The notes under the pieces are model-generated. The model did not search any database, was not told the origin of the DNA, and saw only the letters and a list, made by a program, of their open reading frames with translations. A DNA stretch of 64,000 bases, taken from contig NW_020844895.1 in NCBI RefSeq assembly GCF_003704095.1, positions 124,001 to 188,000 on the forward strand, given 5' to 3'. The stretch's first letter is position 1, and every line of letters begins with the position of its first letter. Source of the DNA: Pocillopora damicornis (lineage: Eukaryota). Shown here one piece after another: positions 1-12,108 of this stretch. The translations under genes were made by a program, and so were the position numbers.

Positions 1-3000
1 CTAAATAGCTTTTAAAAGCTGACAGCCATTGCGCTCCAACAGCGCCATCAACAACTCGGTGATCGCAGCTCAAAGTGACAGACATCATTGTTCCGGTTGT
101 GTATCTGTTTTTAAAAGTGAAAGTAAAAAGAAAAAGAATTAAAGTGACTTAGCGTAGAATTCAAGGGCCAGGACTTGAGCTTTCGCTATTTGTCTTTCAG
201 CGGTTAACCCTTTAATCCCTAAGAGTTACTACCATCTAATTTCTCCTGACGAAAAACGGAAATGATCACCAGTTAAAGAAACTCTTGATTGTTAAACAAA
301 TTCTCCTTATGGCACCTTTGGAAATGGATAGAGAACAGTATGGAGAATATGCATAACGTAAAGGGTTAAGCTGTAAAATCAAATGGTAATGTCCGATTTT
401 CTTCATCATGAACAAAATGTTGTGATCGTTTGCGAGATGCGTTACACGATGACAACAAAATTAAATCTCTGGTGAATATTTGTTGTTCGCTTTCACGGTA
501 TAATTCTATCATATAAAATGCTCGCTATTTGCCTGAATACTTCAGTAAACTGATCAAAGTTTTAGATCTTCCAACCAGACGGCGAATAATTCTCGGAAGG
601 AAGACTGAGATAAGTAAGGAAAAGAAGACGGGGGGGCAGAATTTCGAGCAAAATTTGCTACTGTGAGCAACCGCTTTCTCAGAATTAGGTAATGAATTAC
701 GTATCGACAACATAACAACAACAAAAACAGCAACGACTGCCACAACATAATTTACCCCTTTTCGCTATTTTCGTCCACAACGACCTGTTTTTCTGCCTTT
801 CCAACAGCTAAAATGCAGGCCTGAGAAAATACAGAAAGTAAATGTTAAGAATCAGTGTGTGGGATAAAGTTAATATCACCTTCAACCCCTTCACTAAAAG
901 CTTAGGATATTCTGCTCCTGCGTAGATGTGTCAGCCTCGTCCATGAAAAATGGCCGATCACGTCTTCAAGCTGTAAGAGCCTAATTTCCCAAAAATAATC
1001 AAGAAAAACAAATTTGAAAATCGAAGAATATGACAACTACCGAACTTTTTTTATCGTAAATTATTGCACATTGTCAGATTGGACTACCTGCTGCTGACAA
1101 ATCACGATGTTTCGTTCAACCTCGTCCAATAGAGCAATTGGGTCCAAAGTAATCCGCGATAATCTGGAATTGCATGGATTTTTCTTTACTTCGCTTCGCG
1201 ATTGTTCCAGAAAATTCGTGCCACTCTCTAAACCAATCAGATGCAAAACCCAAACCAGTCATGACTTGGTCAACCGCGTTTTCCCGCGCTTTAGACAGTT
1301 TAATTGTTTATATTTCGAATTCTCATTGGCTCTTAAAGGTATTTTCCTTTTCTTTTGATTGGCCGTTTTAATTACTTTGGATTTGGTTTCACGACACTCA
1401 TTCGAAAGGCGCTTCGTGCTTGCAGACAATTCGAATTTAGATAGCAGCACCCATACGAAATAAAATCACTTACCTGAGGGGGGTTGATAATGGCGGAAAA
1501 GTTCTTAACACCGTACATCCCAAGATTAGATACTGTAATTGTGCCTCCCTGGAACTCGTGAGGTTGAAGTTTGTTATCTCTGGCTTTGTGGGCTAAAGTA
1601 GTTACATCAGCGTTTATCTCTTGTAAGCCCTGAAGAAAANNNNNNNNNNNNNNNNNNNNNNNNNNNNNNNNNNNNNNNNNNNNNNNNNNNNNNNNNNNNN
1701 NNNNNNNNNNNNNNNNNNNNNNNNNNNNNNNNNNNNNNNGGGGAGGAGCAGCAGCAGCTGCTGGTTCTGCAGGCTTCTCCTACAAGAAAAAAAAAGTAGG
1801 TAAACATAAGTCCAAATGAAATAAACTTCCTTGGAGTTTATTTATAGATGAGATGCTGGTTGAGGTTATCCTTTAGCATTTTGTCAGGTTTTCCTGACAG
1901 TTTTGTTTGACTCCTTTTTTGCCCAGGTTAGAGAGATCTAATGTGAGGGTTAATTAACTTACTTCAAGTTAAGAACACAACACAATTTCCTGGCCATGGT
2001 GTAAACTTGGATGTCTAAACTGCTAGGAATAGGGTTCATATGAACTTCTTAATACTTATGAACTTCATAATAGACCTTGCTTGCCATAGAGTCTCTGTGG
2101 CTCAGTGGTAGAGTATCGGAGTGTGGAATCCGAAGGTCTGAGGTTTGTTTCCTCATGAGGACTCAGAATTTTTTCTTTGTCCCACACTCGTGACAAGATG
2201 AAAAACATCTTTCTCTAAACTTATTCAGTGTTTTACTTAAAAGGAAGGGAAATCTTCAGTGCTTGTGAGACCCTTACAGAGCTGTATAGGGTTTCTACGA
2301 CTGGAAAAATTTTATTTCAATTTTTTGATTTCATCCTTTCAATCACTTTTAATACTTTTAGCCATCCTTGTTTCTTCTTGATGTAAGATTGATTCTTTTA
2401 TTTTCCTATTTCACATGTACCTCTGGCACAACACTTTGAAGTCTGCAGTCAGTTGAAGGCAGTTTTGAATGTCAACGGAAAAGACTCTACGGCAGGGGAC
2501 TGGAAGGAGGGAAAGGACGGGAAGCAAAGTGGAAATGGGAAGGAAAATGAAGGGAGAAATAGAGGAGTATCATGCAAACATTACATTCACTTACTGCAGG
2601 TGGTGCAGCTGTCTCTTCAGGCACAAAAGACTCAAATGCTGCAACATCTTCTTTCTTTTCAACAATAATACACAAAAGTTTACCAATAGGAACATCTTTG
2701 GAACCAGCAGGAATTAAAATCTTGGCAAGGAAGCCTTCCTCAGGGGTTTCAAATTCCATTGTGGCCTTGTCTGTTTCGATCTGTGCTAGCAGATCTCCTT
2801 CACCAAGTTCATCACCTTCCTGCTTGTCCCAGCTTACAATGGTTCCCATTTCCATTGTTGGTGACAAAGCTGGTAGTTTTACTTTTGTGTGAGGGGGTAG
2901 ACCTACAGAAGAAAGAGGAAGGAGGGTGTAAAACTGGAATCATAAGCATAGGAAGTGGGACAGAAGTGCAGAAATACAAATGTCTGTTACGCATAGTCAT

Positions 3001-4172
3001 AAACCTGGACTGTTTATGAGGGTCACTGAGATTTTTATCATAATTATTTTTTGTATATGAAGTGGAGGATTTTTGGGGATATGGAAGGTTTACCTTAGGA
3101 ATCATCTTTCAGAATCAAGAGTTGGAAGGTTAAGCCAAAAAAAAGATGTTTTTCTCAACATCTCCACCTCATCAAATTGGGATCAAGGGGGGTTCATTAT
3201 GGGAATCTTCTTTTACAATCAAGATTAGGAAAGTTTTTAGAAAACATTCCAAGATGTGTTTTTTCTCTACTTCTTATCATCACTAAAATTAGGATCAAGA
3301 GGAGTTCGCATATCAAACAAAGTTATCACAAGAACCAGTTTCCAATAACAGCCCTCCACTTATGATCTGATACAAGACCAACAGATGTTACATAATAGCT
3401 AGGCATGGGTAACGTAAACACATAAGGAACACTCAGACTCTAACAGACTCAAGAACTTTCAACTGCCGGCCAAAGTAAGAGTTTAACCGAATCCTCTCTC
3501 CTTGAGGCTGTTTCAGTTCTTTGAGAGAGAGGAAGGAAGTTGTTGAGTGTATGATCAAAACGAAATTGGGACTAGAACACATTCCCTTCCGTTTGTTTAT
3601 TGCACTAGTAATAAAATGCAAATTTGATGAAGTGCATGAATTTTATCAGGTAATTAATCTTTGCGAAAGCTTACCCTCTGAGCTGAACCAGCGAAAGCCA
3701 CATTTTGGTAGACTTGTGGAGAGCACGTGTCTGAAGCGTGGCACATCTCTGAAAATAAAATTGTAATATGAACTGTCTGAAACAGATGTAATGACCAATC
3801 CGGTGATCTCCGAAGAATATCGTCGGCTTGAAATCTTACTCTTAAAATGTGATATAGGTTAGATCAGACATTCTTTTCTTCTCCTTCTTTTTTTTTTCTT
3901 GCCCAAATGCTAGGGCAATAAAATCTCGGTAGCTAAATTCCATCACATTGAAGCAATAGAGATCATGTAATCAAAAACAAAGTACCATTTTACATTCTGT
4001 CCGTAGTGGGTCGAAATTGCTATACAATAGATCAAGACATTTCTCACCTCGTGGACCAAACTAACACTGTTCTTCGCTGTACCTGTGAATGTAACTCACA
4101 AATAGTTGATCGCAAAGCCACAGAACGCCCTCTGCGACCAAATATTCGAACAGCTCGCCTTGCACAAAACAT
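1..4172 (-). CDS. DLAT: Dihydrolipoamide acetyltransferase (pyruvate dehydrogenase E2), mitochondrial; multi-exon, internal exons lost in an N-gap, 3' end beyond the window
   Basis: GT-AG exons (minus): 4172-4048 ([17 protein letters not shown], Arg-rich presequence), 3748-3675 (...RWFSSE), 2902-2595 (lipoyl domain [11 protein letters not shown]...ETDKA), 1779-1740 (Pro/Ala linker, into gap), 1629-1474 ([33 protein letters not shown]), 820-756 (ACILAVG), 104-1 (catalytic motif [14 protein letters not shown]). Phases agree at every visible junction. Confidence 0.95.
204..369. mobile_element. piggyBac-like MITE (TTAA target duplication, CCCTTT...AAAGGG ends); representative of an abundant family
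   Basis: TTAA|CCCTTT...AAGGG|TTAA with internal AATTTCTCCT and GGAGAAT motifs shared with about a dozen other copies in the window. Confidence 0.7.
1175..1410. repeat. Dispersed repeat family with CCAATCA(GATGCAA) and TTTTCCCGCGCTT motifs (representative copy)
   Basis: Related copies at ~12920-13135, ~21990-22220, ~30230-30380, ~32730-32980, ~48480-48600 and ~52500-52665, in both orientations. Confidence 0.65.
1640..1739. other. Assembly gap (100 N)
   Basis: Run of N. Confidence 1.
2091..2217 (+). mobile_element. tRNA-derived SINE-like element (degenerate) in a DLAT intron
   Basis: A-box TGGCTCAGTGG (2098-2108), B-box-like GGTTTGTTTCC (2142-2152), then a non-tRNA tail. Confidence 0.6.
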
Positions 4173-4418
4173 CCCAAGTTCCTATCGCTCGGGGAGTCAC
4201 CCCACTCTTGCAGAATCTTCGAAGCAATTAGCCCATCATGTAATGGACATGAATAGTCTAAAAGACACCCACAACCTTTAGGGGCCATCGAAGAGTATGC
4301 GCAAAGACCCCTGGGAAGCGTTTCCTGGGAAATCGAAATGGCGGTAAACAACATTGATAACACATAGTTATTACGACAAATATTTGTGGTTAATGTGTTT
4401 GAGAAAGTGAACTTAAAT
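4173..4418. promoter_or_regulatory. Probable bidirectional promoter, DLAT / C8orf34-like
   Basis: Divergent start codons 246 bp apart; YY1-like GAAATGGCGG at 4335-4344. Confidence 0.6.
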
Positions 4419-7400
4419 ATGGCTGCGCAGCAAGTACAGGAGTACTTAGAAAGACACCGCATAGGAGCTTTATTTGAGGTAACGATGTACATTTTTACGC
4501 GCTTTATTCCGACCCCAATTTTTGATCAAAACTTCGAATTGAATAAATGAAAAACTGACCACAAGTGCTTACACACCTTCTAAGGGTTTGAAGAAAATAA
4601 ACTAATTAGACTCCCAGTTTGTTATTTCTACTAGTTACCGCTTGTACTTAAAATCGAGCATGTCTAGGGAAACATTCAGTCTCAACATTATTCCTTATCA
4701 TAATAAAAAAGCACATCGTGCATTATTTAGCTTATGCTAACTGTAGAATACAAAGATGAGAAATAGGAATGGTGTCTTGATATGTTTTTTTTCAGGTTTT
4801 TCCAAAAGAAATCGTTATTTATTATTCTTGATTTCTTTTCCGTCTTCTTGGCTAGCTTCGCATCAAAACGTACATAATTTCGCAAATTTACGTTACATCA
4901 GCTCAGCATATATTGTTCTCAAATAATTTTGGTGGAGCAGGGCGTTGAGGTCCATTTTTAAATTCAAAAGAGAGGGGGATCTGCTTGATGTGGATGAAAA
5001 GAGCGAGGCAGATTTATATTTATAATCTGTTAAGGGGTTTCCCTTGATCCCAAGCTCAACTTTTTTCTTAGTCACCATTTTTTTTTTACTTCAAATTGTG
5101 TGACATGAAACAGATGCCATAGGGTCAAAGTTGTCAACATATATATTGTAATGTTGTTTGAAAATTTTTTTACAACTTTTGTTTTAGGATCTTATGGCAA
5201 AAGTGATCAAGGATACACCTGACGATCCAGTTGGTTATCTGATTAAAGTTTTGAAAAAGTTGTATTCTGAAGGGTCTAAGGTGATAGTCATCTCAGTTTG
5301 TTCCAAAAATTTACCACATGTACCCCTTAGACATTATTCTTTAGCTGGGGAGGATTTGCACTGATGTTTTGTTAGTCTTGGTCCAGATCCCACCATGGGA
5401 TTTGCAATTAACTGCTTACAGATATTTTTATTCTCATCTGCAAAACCATCCAGGTGTGTCTTGCTGTAAGAAGAATTTTGCTCATCTCTAACACTGGAAT
5501 ATGTCCATGGAAGTTGGGCAGATTAATTCCCAAACCTGTCAGACTGTGATTCCTTCATGGGATTATGAAAATATCTTGGGTATTCAAATAATAAACAGTT
5601 ATTGAACTCTGAGGTGTGGCAAAAAATTCTTATTATACAACTTCTCAGAGATCAGTTATCATTCCCAGCCTTTGGTTTTATTGAATAATTTATCTACTTT
5701 TCACAAAAAGTCAGAATATTTTGTCAAACCTCATTCAATAATTGTTCATTTTAATGATAAAAATCTCATTTTTTCTCCAGAGACCTGGGAACACTGGACA
5801 AAAGCTAGTATTTCTAAGTCATAGGAACACAGATTGTTTGTTATCCCAGATACTTGTACATGTAAGTAATGAAATGTATCTTTGTAAACAGGGGCATGGA
5901 TCATCACTACCCCCTTCAGGGTCAAAGGTATCTTTTGCAAGATCTATGGGTGTCTCAGGATCACCAGCTACACAGCATTCACTTGATGATGGTAAGCCAA
6001 TTAATAATACTATGCTACGGGTTGGTAACCCTGCACATAATATACAGCTCTTCCTCTTTCTATTAATTTTTAAATTTTCCCTTGAAATTTATGAAATGTG
6101 TTCAAACAGTATGAGGTTATTTGATAGGTCAAAAAGAGGCACCTTCATTTACTCATAGATCGAAACCTGTTGGCCAAGTCTTGGGCTGGTCCAGACTCCC
6201 GCACAGATGGAACACGACCACGTCCAAGCAGTGCATCTAAAACAATGGGCAGAGATTATCCACGGCCTTGGCTGAGTGGTAGTAAGCCAATGAAGAGTGT
6301 AGGAGCAGGGGACAGAGACAACATGCGACCACCTGCTCGAACAGGTATGTACACTGAAACAAGGAAACAGTAGCTAACAGACAGCATTATGTTATGTACA
6401 CTGCTTCAGTACAAGCATTGCACAATTTCAAACTGACCTGAGTTCATGAGACCTCTTGATGCTAAAAGATTTATTTTTGTTTCAGGAAGAAAGATTTTTA
6501 ACTGAAAGTTTCTTTTTCACAGGCAGGGAATTGTTGCTGCCATTTGTAACTTAAACCTGCCCCACAGATAATTTTTTTTTTATTCTAAAAGTTGTCAAAA
6601 TAGTTGAATTATACAGATCACTGTTTAATTCAACTATTGCTTGCTCTCCAGTCACAGGTAAAAGACTCATAAATAGCTGCTCACACTAGTTATTCGAACT
6701 TAGCAGAACTTTATAAGTGAGATCAGTCTTGAATTCTTGTATTATTTTTGTTGCAATGAAAGATGAATTTAATTTTTCATTCTCTCTATTTGTCGTGTTA
6801 TTTATTTATTTTTAAATTTAGGACAAACCCAAAGTGATGGTGAGAGACCACCATGGAATCACAGGACTGCTGTACCATCGCAGGACTTTGATGAGTGGTT
6901 TAACATGCAGCATAGGCAACCCAGGACTGTTGATCAAGATGTCAGGGCATATCAAGAAAGTAGGTGACATGCAGCTTATTGCAAAGTTAGATACTTTTTA
7001 AACTCAGTTGCAGTGAAAGTGTGTAGGCCTGTTCTTTTTCTCAAATCTTGTACTGACTACAACATTTAAAACAAAGGTTCTTGGTAAAATGTTATAGATA
7101 TGCATTTTTATTTGACAACGGCAATTGTCATAAGGCATTTTCATTTATTTGAATGTAAATCTCTTTCTTTATAGCTTCATCATGGGGAAGAAATGGGGAA
7201 ATGGTATGTACTAGATGTAAATTATTCAATTTTACTGACTACATTAGTTTTAGTGTTGATTAAAGTAGTCTACAGTCCTGATTAGACAATTGCACCACTT
7301 TGTGTCTGTTACTCAAACGATGACTTGCCAGGTCCTATACTTGTACTTTGAATTCTCTTTTATTAAATACCCTGGCCTTGAGATGTCCAGGGTTAAATCA

Positions 7401-10400
7401 AAATTGTATAATTTAGTGTTAATTTTGATATTCAACATTTTCTACAAGGCCTTGATTGAGTGTAAGGTACTTTTAATGAGCAGTGTAAGTAATTCTCCCA
7501 TTACTTTCATTTAGCCTGCCCCTCAACTTCCTAACTTCAATAAGCATGTTCTCCATATGCCCTCAATTCATTTCTCATGACGTTGATAGGGAGAATTTGT
7601 TTGACAATCAACAGCATCTAAGGTTGGCAATCCTTACCTTGATCTCAATGTTTGAGTCAGCGGTGACACTTTGTGTGGAAATAAGTCACTTGGCATTAAG
7701 CAATAGAGGAGGACTGAGATGTTTCCTTTTCAAAGTATTGTTTCAATTGAGTGTAATTTAATAGAGAACAAATTACCTGGTTTTTGTATGCAGGGTGTTT
7801 GAAACCTTTTCATTTCCTTTGAATTCACAGGCAGTGCCAGCAGAAAGGAGAGTAATTTACAACCGCCGGACTGCTTCATCTGGTCCAGCAAACTATGTTG
7901 ATGATAATCTGGAAGATGAGCTCAATATGGGGAAGGATATAAAAACCAGAGAAGAAGAAAATGATTCATCATCTGTGGCATCATATGGGTGAGAATGAAA
8001 ATGTTCAATAAATTACTTGTACATGTAATGGCTTTTTTATGATGAACACTGAGGGCCATGCAACTGCACAGTACAACCGTATTTAGACTACTGAGTACAT
8101 TTTATGATATTTTTTCAGGTCTTCTAGGTCACGGAAAACAAAAGCAAGACATGCAGCTGAAGAACATCGCCGGCAGCTTCAAGCTCTTCTTGTGAACAAG
8201 AGTCAACAGGGTGGAGATGTTAATGGCATGAATGATGGTGAAGACCATCATGATGATGGCACAGAATTATTAGGTAGTTTAAAATAATGATGACATGATC
8301 AGATTGGGAAATTATTATGCATTGAAGATGTTCATTGTTGAATATTTTTTGTCTGAAGAAAATGTGGATGATCTGGAGTCTGAAGGGGTGTCAAACCTGG
8401 GCAGTAAGGGATCAAGACTATCCAAGGTAAAATTTAAGATGTAGAAAAAAAAAATTTGTAATGGGCTAAGAGAGCTTTTTAGCCAGAAGCAGCTGCAGTC
8501 ATTCAGGTTACTTGACTGAAATTAAGAGCCTGACGATTTGGTTTGTTTCTTGAAGCAACTTGACATTTTTTTTTTTACTGGTAGTCCATTAGACAAGGAA
8601 ATGGAACATCAGAGTCTATACGTGTTAGCATATGTGCCAGATGCGCCAAGTAAGTTAATTGATAATGAAAATTTGTTTCAACTATTTTTTACAATTATGC
8701 TGGTATGCAGTGCAAACTGGGTATGGAATTTGCCATGTTTGTGGCTATGCTTTGCACCTTGCAGTTTTTGGTTTGGTAGTTATTAGTCCAAACAGTTCTT
8801 TAAAATGCTCCTTAGCACATTGGCGAGATTAGTTCCTTTTTGTGGACCTTTTGCACATCAGCAAGATTAGATCCTGTTTTTGTAAACCTTTGTGTATGTT
8901 GGTGATGGCAATGCCTTTGGTGGCATGTTGTGAATCCTGTGAAATTAAATCAGCTGATGGCAGCCATAATGCTCATTGTTACCAGTGGTTGCAAACTCTA
9001 GGCAAACTTTGTTTATAAAATTTTATGGCAAGAAATTAGCTGACAAGTTTACACTAACTTGGCCCTTCTGGCCATATTGTTCTCTCATAGCAGTCAAAGA
9101 GCTGAACTTAGAATCAACAAGTATGGTTCAATTCATGAATTAGGTCATTGTTTTGTGTGATCTTCACTCTGGTTTTGGTTGTCCAAAGGTTGAATAACAC
9201 TATCCACTGGATAAATCTCCATCCAGTGAATAGTGCAGCACATTTTGTTAACACTTATCTGCTGGTCAGTGATTTATCCGTTGGATAGAATTTTCCACAC
9301 TTAGAACAGCAAGACACAGGTGTGCAACTGAATTACAAAGGCCAAGGCAATTATGATAATCACACAATAATTTATCTAAGCTACATGTATCAATAGCCTC
9401 TAACATTTGCTGAAAATAGGATATCTATTTTTGATACAGGGTTATTACTGGTCAAGCAAGTGATAAAAAGTCAGAAGGTGTGTTTGTAGATTGTGCATAT
9501 ATGTACCCTTTTTGTCCTAGGAAATTATTTTTGAGCAATATGTGTATTTTTACATTTCAGTTGGAAGTATTTATTCAGGAAGTGAAGGTAAACAGCTTTG
9601 GCTCTAAATTCTCTTTTCATGTGAGATGTGTTGTTTTTTATCTTGATGTGAGTGTATCATTGGTTAACAGTCAAGAACTTCTGTAGTTGGTGATCATTCC
9701 TATTATTCTCACAACCTTAATGTTTGATTCAAGGGTGATATTGTAAGGAGAAATTAGATGCTGGTCACTCTTAGGAGTCAAATGGTTATGGTTGACCTTT
9801 CATATTTTTTTTCCCTCTGATTTCATCTCAGTTGATGACAACTTTGAAAGTGTTTCTCAAGTTGGAAGTACGGTAAGTTTTTTTATTGGGTATATCTTCA
9901 TCATTGTTGTCATCATTTTCATCATTATCATTATTGTTATCATTGATTACTTTCAAATTGAAGCCTTAAACCCCATCACTTTTATCTTTTTAGACTGGAC
10001 AAAGAAGACCTCCTGTGTGGCCTTCAGGATTTGACTCAGAAAGTAAGACAACTCTTTTTTTACATAATTTGGGAAAAATTAAGATTTTTCTTTGCAATTT
10101 TCAAGAGAAATTGCATAGTCATTTATTTAGAAAAGCCATGTCTTTTTTTGTTCCTACCATTTATTCTTTGTTACTTATCCAGGATTTTGTGGGTTTTTCT
10201 CCTGTTGAGAGTAATTTGGGCTCCAACGGAAACCACTTCAAACTTAGCCAATGACTTAGTACATTTTACAACAGTTGTACGATAGGCATAACTTAACATT
10301 TCTTTCTTCGTCTGTCTTGCTTTGTGAAGGTGACTCGAGCCCACGGAAAGGTCAGCAGCACATGTGGCAAAGTCCAGGTAGATCTCCAGGCAGATCTCCA

Positions 10401-11257
10401 GTAAAGGGAAAACACATGTTTCGGTGAGTAGACTGATAAAACTCTGGCCGGTTTTACTTTCTCCTTCTCAACACCTCAGCTTTAACCTTATTTTGGCCTG
10501 TAGGTGAAATCTTAAGGTTATGACAAAGAAGAATAGTCGTGTAATTCTTTTCGGAGTGTCCAGCGTGTATTTTCACTGATGTGTTCTTTTTTAGGGGTGG
10601 TTCTTTTACCAATGAACGACCGGACAGTTCCAGGCCCCCTTCGGCTTCTTCAAGTCGTAGTGACCTGGTGTATTCGGGAAGACAACAAAAGTCTTGGAAC
10701 TTTGACGGATATTCCTCTGATAATGACGTAATGCAGCATTTTTCAAGCGGTTTTTTTTCTCTTTTTTTTTTCCCATGATTTGAGCAGTCTTCTTAACATG
10801 GTTACTCACAATTTCATTCCCTGTTTTTCTCTTCAAATTTAGACCGAAGTCAATTTTGACCGAGTTGGGTCCCCTCAATTACAAGGAAGTCGTCCATGGA
10901 ACCGCGCCCCACTGGAAAGCGGAAGTGAAACGGACTGGGACGCAAGACAAAGTAAGAAAGCCTTGCTTGACTTCAGACAACGATAATGTTACGTTGCGTG
11001 ACCTCCAAAACCACTGCACTGTGAACAACATGACACCAATATTGAGTGATTTAGAGCACAGCTCACGAATGAAAAGTCGCGTGACCCTTTTCTTTTTCCT
11101 TGCGGTACCTCCAATTGCATCGCCAAAAGAACATTTTCCAACAAAGAGTCATAACAAGAGATATGATGTCTTTTTGAAACATTTAATTGCAGGAAGACGA
11201 ACCCCAGAACGGAGATTTGCTCGGTTTAACAGCGGGGATGAGTCAGACTCAACGTAA
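4419..11257 (+). CDS. C8orf34: C8orf34/VEST1-like protein with N-terminal RIIa/Dpy-30-type dimerisation-docking domain; ~18 exons
   Basis: Exons 4419-4478 and 5188-5280 give MAAQQVQEYLERHRIGALFEDLMAKVIKDTPDDPVGYLIKVL. Further in-phase exons: 5892-5991, 6159-6344, 6822-6959, 7175-7203, 7831-7988, 8119-8273, 8358-8425, 8585-8649, 9440-9477, 9561-9587, ~9832-9872, ~9994-10042, ~10330-10423, ~10595-10727, ~10843-10951, 11193-11257 (TAA). Motifs ELLENVDDLESEGV, ICARCAK and DDNFESVSQV match what I recall of C8orf34. Confidence 0.75.
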
Positions 11258-12108
11258 CAAAAGGTCGCGAAATGACACATGGAGACTGTCGATTATCGCT
11301 ACTGGAAAGGTTCACGATATTTACCGAATCAATTTTATCCGATAGGAATTTTTTATCATATCAATATTTGCAATACTAACCAAGATACACGTATTTATTG
11401 TCTCTGTGGGTTTAGAAAAGTAAAATGTGCACTTTAGGAAGAGAATGATTTTTTTGCTGAAGGACTCACCCCTATTGTATGTTCCCCTTAAACTGGAATA
11501 TTAAAGTTTATTTTATGTACATTTGATTATACTTGGCACACAAATACTATCAAAAGACAATAATACGTCTGCCTTTTCAAGCTAGTTTTATATAATAGAC
11601 ATGCATTTATCAAAATCGAACAAAAGCTTTTAAAATAAAGTTAGATTACCAGCATGGAGATAAATAAAATATTTACGTATAGAGTGCTTATCAAACAGTC
11701 CAGATACTGTTATGATCCTTGATTTCAACGAGATTTTCCCTTCATCCTCCGCCCAAGACTTAAGAAACTTTTATAATGGTAACATTAGGTACAAAGAGAG
11801 ATTATTGAAGTGTGCACAATGTTTCGTGCGCTATTTCTTACAGCAATTGATTTTTTTCTTTTAAGCCAGGGTACAAGTAACTAACTCGTACTTGCAATTT
11901 AATTGCATGCAGCGTTGCTTTTTAAACTTGATCATTGCAATCCTCCAAAGTACCCGAAGTCTCTCGGATTGTTTTTGACCAAGTAAATGCGGCGTTACTT
12001 CGCATCAACGCGGGTTCTCAAATGTTTCGCTCCAGAACCCTTTTTTCGTTGGCTGTTCACGCGTTTGAAAACTTATTTTGCGCAGGATCAATGGTGTAAG
12101 TAACATAT

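Noticed and set aside
2091-2165. Possible tRNA gene
   Set aside because: The B-box is degenerate, the cloverleaf is not convincing, and it continues into a repeat tail. Better explained as a SINE head.
4061-4492. 143-aa minus-strand ORF as the DLAT first exon
   Set aside because: The presequence is in a different frame starting at ATG 4172, which splices in phase to the next exon.
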